From Barthelona sp. PCE (lineage: Eukaryota), in contig JAUFOR010000003.1 in the NCBI GenBank assembly GCA_040285745.1, positions 186,001-250,000 on the forward strand: DNA of 64,000 nucleotides, read 5' to 3'. Of this stretch, positions 60,566 through 64,000 are shown in pieces (the first letter of the stretch is position 1; every line of letters begins with the position of its first letter). Below the pieces are notes generated by a model that was given only the letters and a program-made list of their open reading frames with translations, was not told the DNA's origin and searched no databases. Made by a program: the position numbers and the translations under genes.

Positions 60566-62571
60566 TCAAAAACACGAGACACATCAACAGATTTAAAAGA
60601 ATATTCCATAAAGTCTTGCATTCTGATAGTTTTTTCGGAAATTCGATGATTCATTTCTTCATCGAATGATACCGTATGATATGTTACAGAATCATCATCG
60701 TGCTTCACATAAGTGACAGTGTTACTTTGCTTTCTGTAGTTTTTATCGAAAGAAAACCCTTCAGGTGTTGAATAAATTTTTTTGATATCATCCTCCTCAA
60801 AATCAATGTGATAGATATGTTCCCTACCTGCAATGAGCTCCGGCCCAAAGAAATCAATAATATCATCAGAGATGTCCGGTGTTACAGCAAGTCGCATCAG
60901 GGAATCGTCAGGATTAATTAAAATCGCAGAGAACTCTTCTACTTCTTCCTCATCATCCATATAAACCGTGACGATGATGTTACCCCAGGCATTATAATAA
61001 ATACAATCACACAAAATCTCAGGAAGGAAACTTTCCCTTTTAGAAGTTTCCAGATCAATCTTATGTATCTCAAGTTCACTATTGGTTACACTAACAATAC
61101 GTAGTCTTCCATCCGGTAGAGTTTTTAGAAAACCTGCTTCCTCAATGATCTCATGGTAATCCAATTCATACTTACCAATTCGTATGTTCTCCATATCATT
61201 CGTAAAGGGGATCCCCTCTTGGTTGATATACCCGAGCTCATACCCGTCATAAGATGTGACTTCACCAATTTGTACACCACCATCAAGTGTTAAAGGTACA
61301 TACAGTCCCTTGTTATAGCTCATGGTTGAACTATTGTATTGTGATGTCAGAGTGAGGTAGAGCTTGTTATGATAGATTTCCACCTCGAACAGATCCATCG
61401 GCGCACAATTAAGATCGATAGTTTCACATACACGGGTCTTTGTATTAAAAAAATGAACTCTATTAAAAACATCTGTACCAAAGATATAGTCTTCATGGAT
61501 AGTTAAAGCGCTGACCTTGTCAAAGAAGAAAGGTACATTTTCTTTCTTTGCTGGCATGGTGATGTAAATATTAGATTCATTTTCAACAAAAGTGTGAATT
61601 TTCAAATTGGTGTTACAGTATGTGAACACATTGTCGGAAGAAAGGTGAACAGAAAGATCTGCTGCGTCGCAGACCAAGCTAGTCCCCCACATAAAACCGA
61701 CGTAAAATTTCACTGAATCATTTTCCAATAAAACAGTATAAGTTGTGATTGATTCAATGACTGTGAAGATTGCAATCCTGTTAGCGATATCAAGACTGTG
61801 CATAATTATAGAATCTACTGAATTCCACTTCATTTCAGGTAGTAATGAAGGGAAAATCTCAAGAAAATCGATGCTTGTATCCTCATGATAATACGTGAAC
61901 ACATCATTCCCCTCATTAACCGAGTGAATGTATCCAGCAAAGTTAAGACAATCAGGATAAGAGCTTAAGCTTGAACCAGGAACAGTTTTGAATGCATGGG
62001 AATAATTTCGATTTTGGTGGTCTTCTTCAGTGATACTGAACATGAAAGTGGTATCTTCTTCGGTATTGAGGAAGAAGATGCCTGCACTGTTGATACTTAA
62101 ATTATAGAAATCATAGCAGGGAGATTCAATTGTTGAATATATATCACCATTGACTACATTCATTATTTTCAATTCGTTTTCACCATCTTCTCCACAAAAG
62201 TGCACCAGGGCGTCGCCATTAATTGAAAGAAAGTAGATATAAAAATTATCAACACAAATATCATCAGGCATCACTAATTTAAAGTTTAAATCGCTCAGTT
62301 TACGCTGTTTGGTATCGTAAACGCTAACGCGGATATCCTCAGATTCATAACTATCTAAAAAATACTCAGAATCGGAATAGAGGATGTGTGGTTCAAATAG
62401 AAAAGGTCTGCTGGACATATAATCGACAGAAGCAATCTCCTCCTCAAAAGGAACATAGGCAAGGGATGAAGAGCCGTTTTGGGTGGGATTGGTATCTTCT
62501 TGTTTTATGCACGATATATGATTGTGGTAATAAGTTAATTCAGGTTCTTGGATGTGTTCAGTGATCCTCAT
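60556..62571 (-). CDS. Lineage-specific acidic beta-rich (propeller-like) protein, tandem copy A
   Basis: 671 aa; clearly paralogous to the neighbour (KENV.FFFD.VS, GTDVFNRV..FNTKTRVCE.ID). Confidence 0.7.
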   Translation of the reverse strand: MRITEHIQEPELTYYHNHISCIKQEDTNPTQNGSSSLAYVPFEEEIASVDYMSSRPFLFEPHILYSDSEYFLDSYESEDIRVSVYDTKQRKLSDLNFKLVMPDDICVDNFYIYFLSINGDALVHFCGEDGENELKIMNVVNGDIYSTIESPCYDFYNLSINSAGIFFLNTEEDTTFMFSITEEDHQNRNYSHAFKTVPGSSLSSYPDCLNFAGYIHSVNEGNDVFTYYHEDTSIDFLEIFPSLLPEMKWNSVDSIIMHSLDIANRIAIFTVIESITTYTVLLENDSVKFYVGFMWGTSLVCDAADLSVHLSSDNVFTYCNTNLKIHTFVENESNIYITMPAKKENVPFFFDKVSALTIHEDYIFGTDVFNRVHFFNTKTRVCETIDLNCAPMDLFEVEIYHNKLYLTLTSQYNSSTMSYNKGLYVPLTLDGGVQIGEVTSYDGYELGYINQEGIPFTNDMENIRIGKYELDYHEIIEEAGFLKTLPDGRLRIVSVTNSELEIHKIDLETSKRESFLPEILCDCIYYNAWGNIIVTVYMDDEEEVEEFSAILINPDDSLMRLAVTPDISDDIIDFFGPELIAGREHIYHIDFEEDDIKKIYSTPEGFSFDKNYRKQSNTVTYVKHDDDSVTYHTVSFDEEMNHRISEKTIRMQDFMEYSFKSVDVSRVFDHL

Positions 62572-62665
62572 ACAATAGATAGCGTATTATATACAAAAAG
62601 AAAGAGGTACTAAAAGGTTGTTCATAGCTGACACTGGTTAATTCACATTTACAATATTTTAACAT

Positions 62666-64000
62666 TTAATCCTCACATTGCAAGCTTTCCCTGACCTTGG
62701 ATACATTTATGGGCTTGTAAGTATAATCCTTAAAATCATCTACGGTAACAGTCTTCTCAAACACTCTGGGATTCATATTACCATCAAATCTAACGGTGTG
62801 GTATGCAACAGATGTTCCATTATTCTTTGTATAAACAGCAGCATCACGTTTTCTACAAAAGTCACCAACCAACTTAAAACCTTCAGGGATCTCGTGGATT
62901 TTTTGAACAGTTTTGCTGCCAAAATCAATATGATACATGCCAGTGTGTCCAGCAACAATATTGGGACCGATGAACTCTTTGACATCATCTCTTTGAGAAT
63001 CCGAAAGAGGAATGTCCTCATGTTCACCTTCTGGTGTGAGCATGACAGCCTTTGCAATATTATCTTCACCGGGTTGTTCATAAAATGTAACGATGGTGTT
63101 ACCCCAAGGGTTAAAAAGAACTGAATCACAATATACACCACGGCAAAACACATCATCATATGTCTCATTGACCAGATCAACGTTGTACAAGGTTATATAA
63201 TAACCCTTGACACCGGCAACACATAGTTTATCATCGTAAAGACTTTTCATCATACCACCCTGTTCGATATCGCAAGATTTTCCGACTTTTACGTCACCGA
63301 GCTTATAAATGTCATGATCACACTGTGTAAGAGGAATACCATTCTCATTTACGTACTCTAGTTCAAAAATTCCCAGGTTGGTCACCCCACTAATATAAAA
63401 TCCATGCCTTCCCAGAAGTAAAGCTGCAAAAAGCTTGTGATCGTAAGCATTTGCTATAGCATTAAAGCCACAGCACAAGGTTAGGTAAAGGTTGTTGTGA
63501 AACACACGCACTTTGATCTTGTCAAAAGGATCGCAGTCAACATCAATGACTTCACACACCCTTGTTTTAGTATTGAAAATCAAAACTCGGTTGAAAACAT
63601 CAGTACCAATAAGATATCCTTTGTAGGTTATTATATCGCTTACCGTGTCAAAGAAAAAGAGTACATTCTCCTTCTGAACAGGCACTGTTATGTATACACC
63701 CTTACCCTTTCTGGCAAAAGTGTGGATAGCAATGCGGTTAGTGAAATTAAAAACATCATCTGTTGGTAGAGGTACAGTTGTATCAGCCTCGTCACATGTA
63801 AGAAGAGCACCCCAGACTGTACCAGTTACAAATTCAAAAGATTCACCATTTAAAGTGATGGTGTGCGATCGATCTGCATCTTCATCAATGACGGTGAAAC
63901 AAGCAATTTTGTTAGAGATATCCAGTTTATGCATAATAACTGAACTACAACCATTCCAAGGTAACTTTTCCTGAAGGATGGGGAATAATTCGAAAAAATC
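62666..64000 (-). CDS. Tandem paralog B of the same family; 5' end lies beyond the window
   Basis: Frame stays open to the window edge (DFFELFPILQEKLPWNGCSSVIM, aligning with DFLEIFPSLLPEMKWNSVDSIIM of copy A). Confidence 0.7.
   Translation of the reverse strand, partial: DFFELFPILQEKLPWNGCSSVIMHKLDISNKIACFTVIDEDADRSHTITLNGESFEFVTGTVWGALLTCDEADTTVPLPTDDVFNFTNRIAIHTFARKGKGVYITVPVQKENVLFFFDTVSDIITYKGYLIGTDVFNRVLIFNTKTRVCEVIDVDCDPFDKIKVRVFHNNLYLTLCCGFNAIANAYDHKLFAALLLGRHGFYISGVTNLGIFELEYVNENGIPLTQCDHDIYKLGDVKVGKSCDIEQGGMMKSLYDDKLCVAGVKGYYITLYNVDLVNETYDDVFCRGVYCDSVLFNPWGNTIVTFYEQPGEDNIAKAVMLTPEGEHEDIPLSDSQRDDVKEFIGPNIVAGHTGMYHIDFGSKTVQKIHEIPEGFKLVGDFCRKRDAAVYTKNNGTSVAYHTVRFDGNMNPRVFEKTVTVDDFKDYTYKPINVSKVRESLQCED

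Overview
Very compact, almost intron-free eukaryotic DNA read in the standard genetic code. Ciliary genes (BBS1, TMEM107, CFAP54-, CEP120- and CCDC191-like) show it is a flagellated protist; a free-living metamonad-like lineage is my inference only. About 34 protein genes are packed with tiny spacers, and convergent pairs often overlap at their stop codons. Recognisable genes: P5C dehydrogenase, Rpt2, a minimal PI31, TDRD3/RMI1-like, H2A.X-type histone, Vps45, a PQ-loop transporter, RAD51C-like, TBL2-like, SDA1, Lsm14/Scd6 (one clear 91-nt intron), a CypH-like cyclophilin, a divergent CDK, Nup133-like, a histidine phosphatase, TMEM19 and a tandem lineage-specific beta-rich family. Most unusual: (1) a eukaryotic Ser/Thr kinase fused to a bacterial-type histidine-kinase-like module with a degenerate N-box; (2) a tandem pseudo-dimeric thymidine kinase; (3) a RING-H2 + YEATS-like fusion; (4) a multi-stem RNA structure just downstream of H2A.X. 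I recognised no tRNA, rRNA, CRISPR array or intact transposon. All family calls are motif recognition from memory, not database results.
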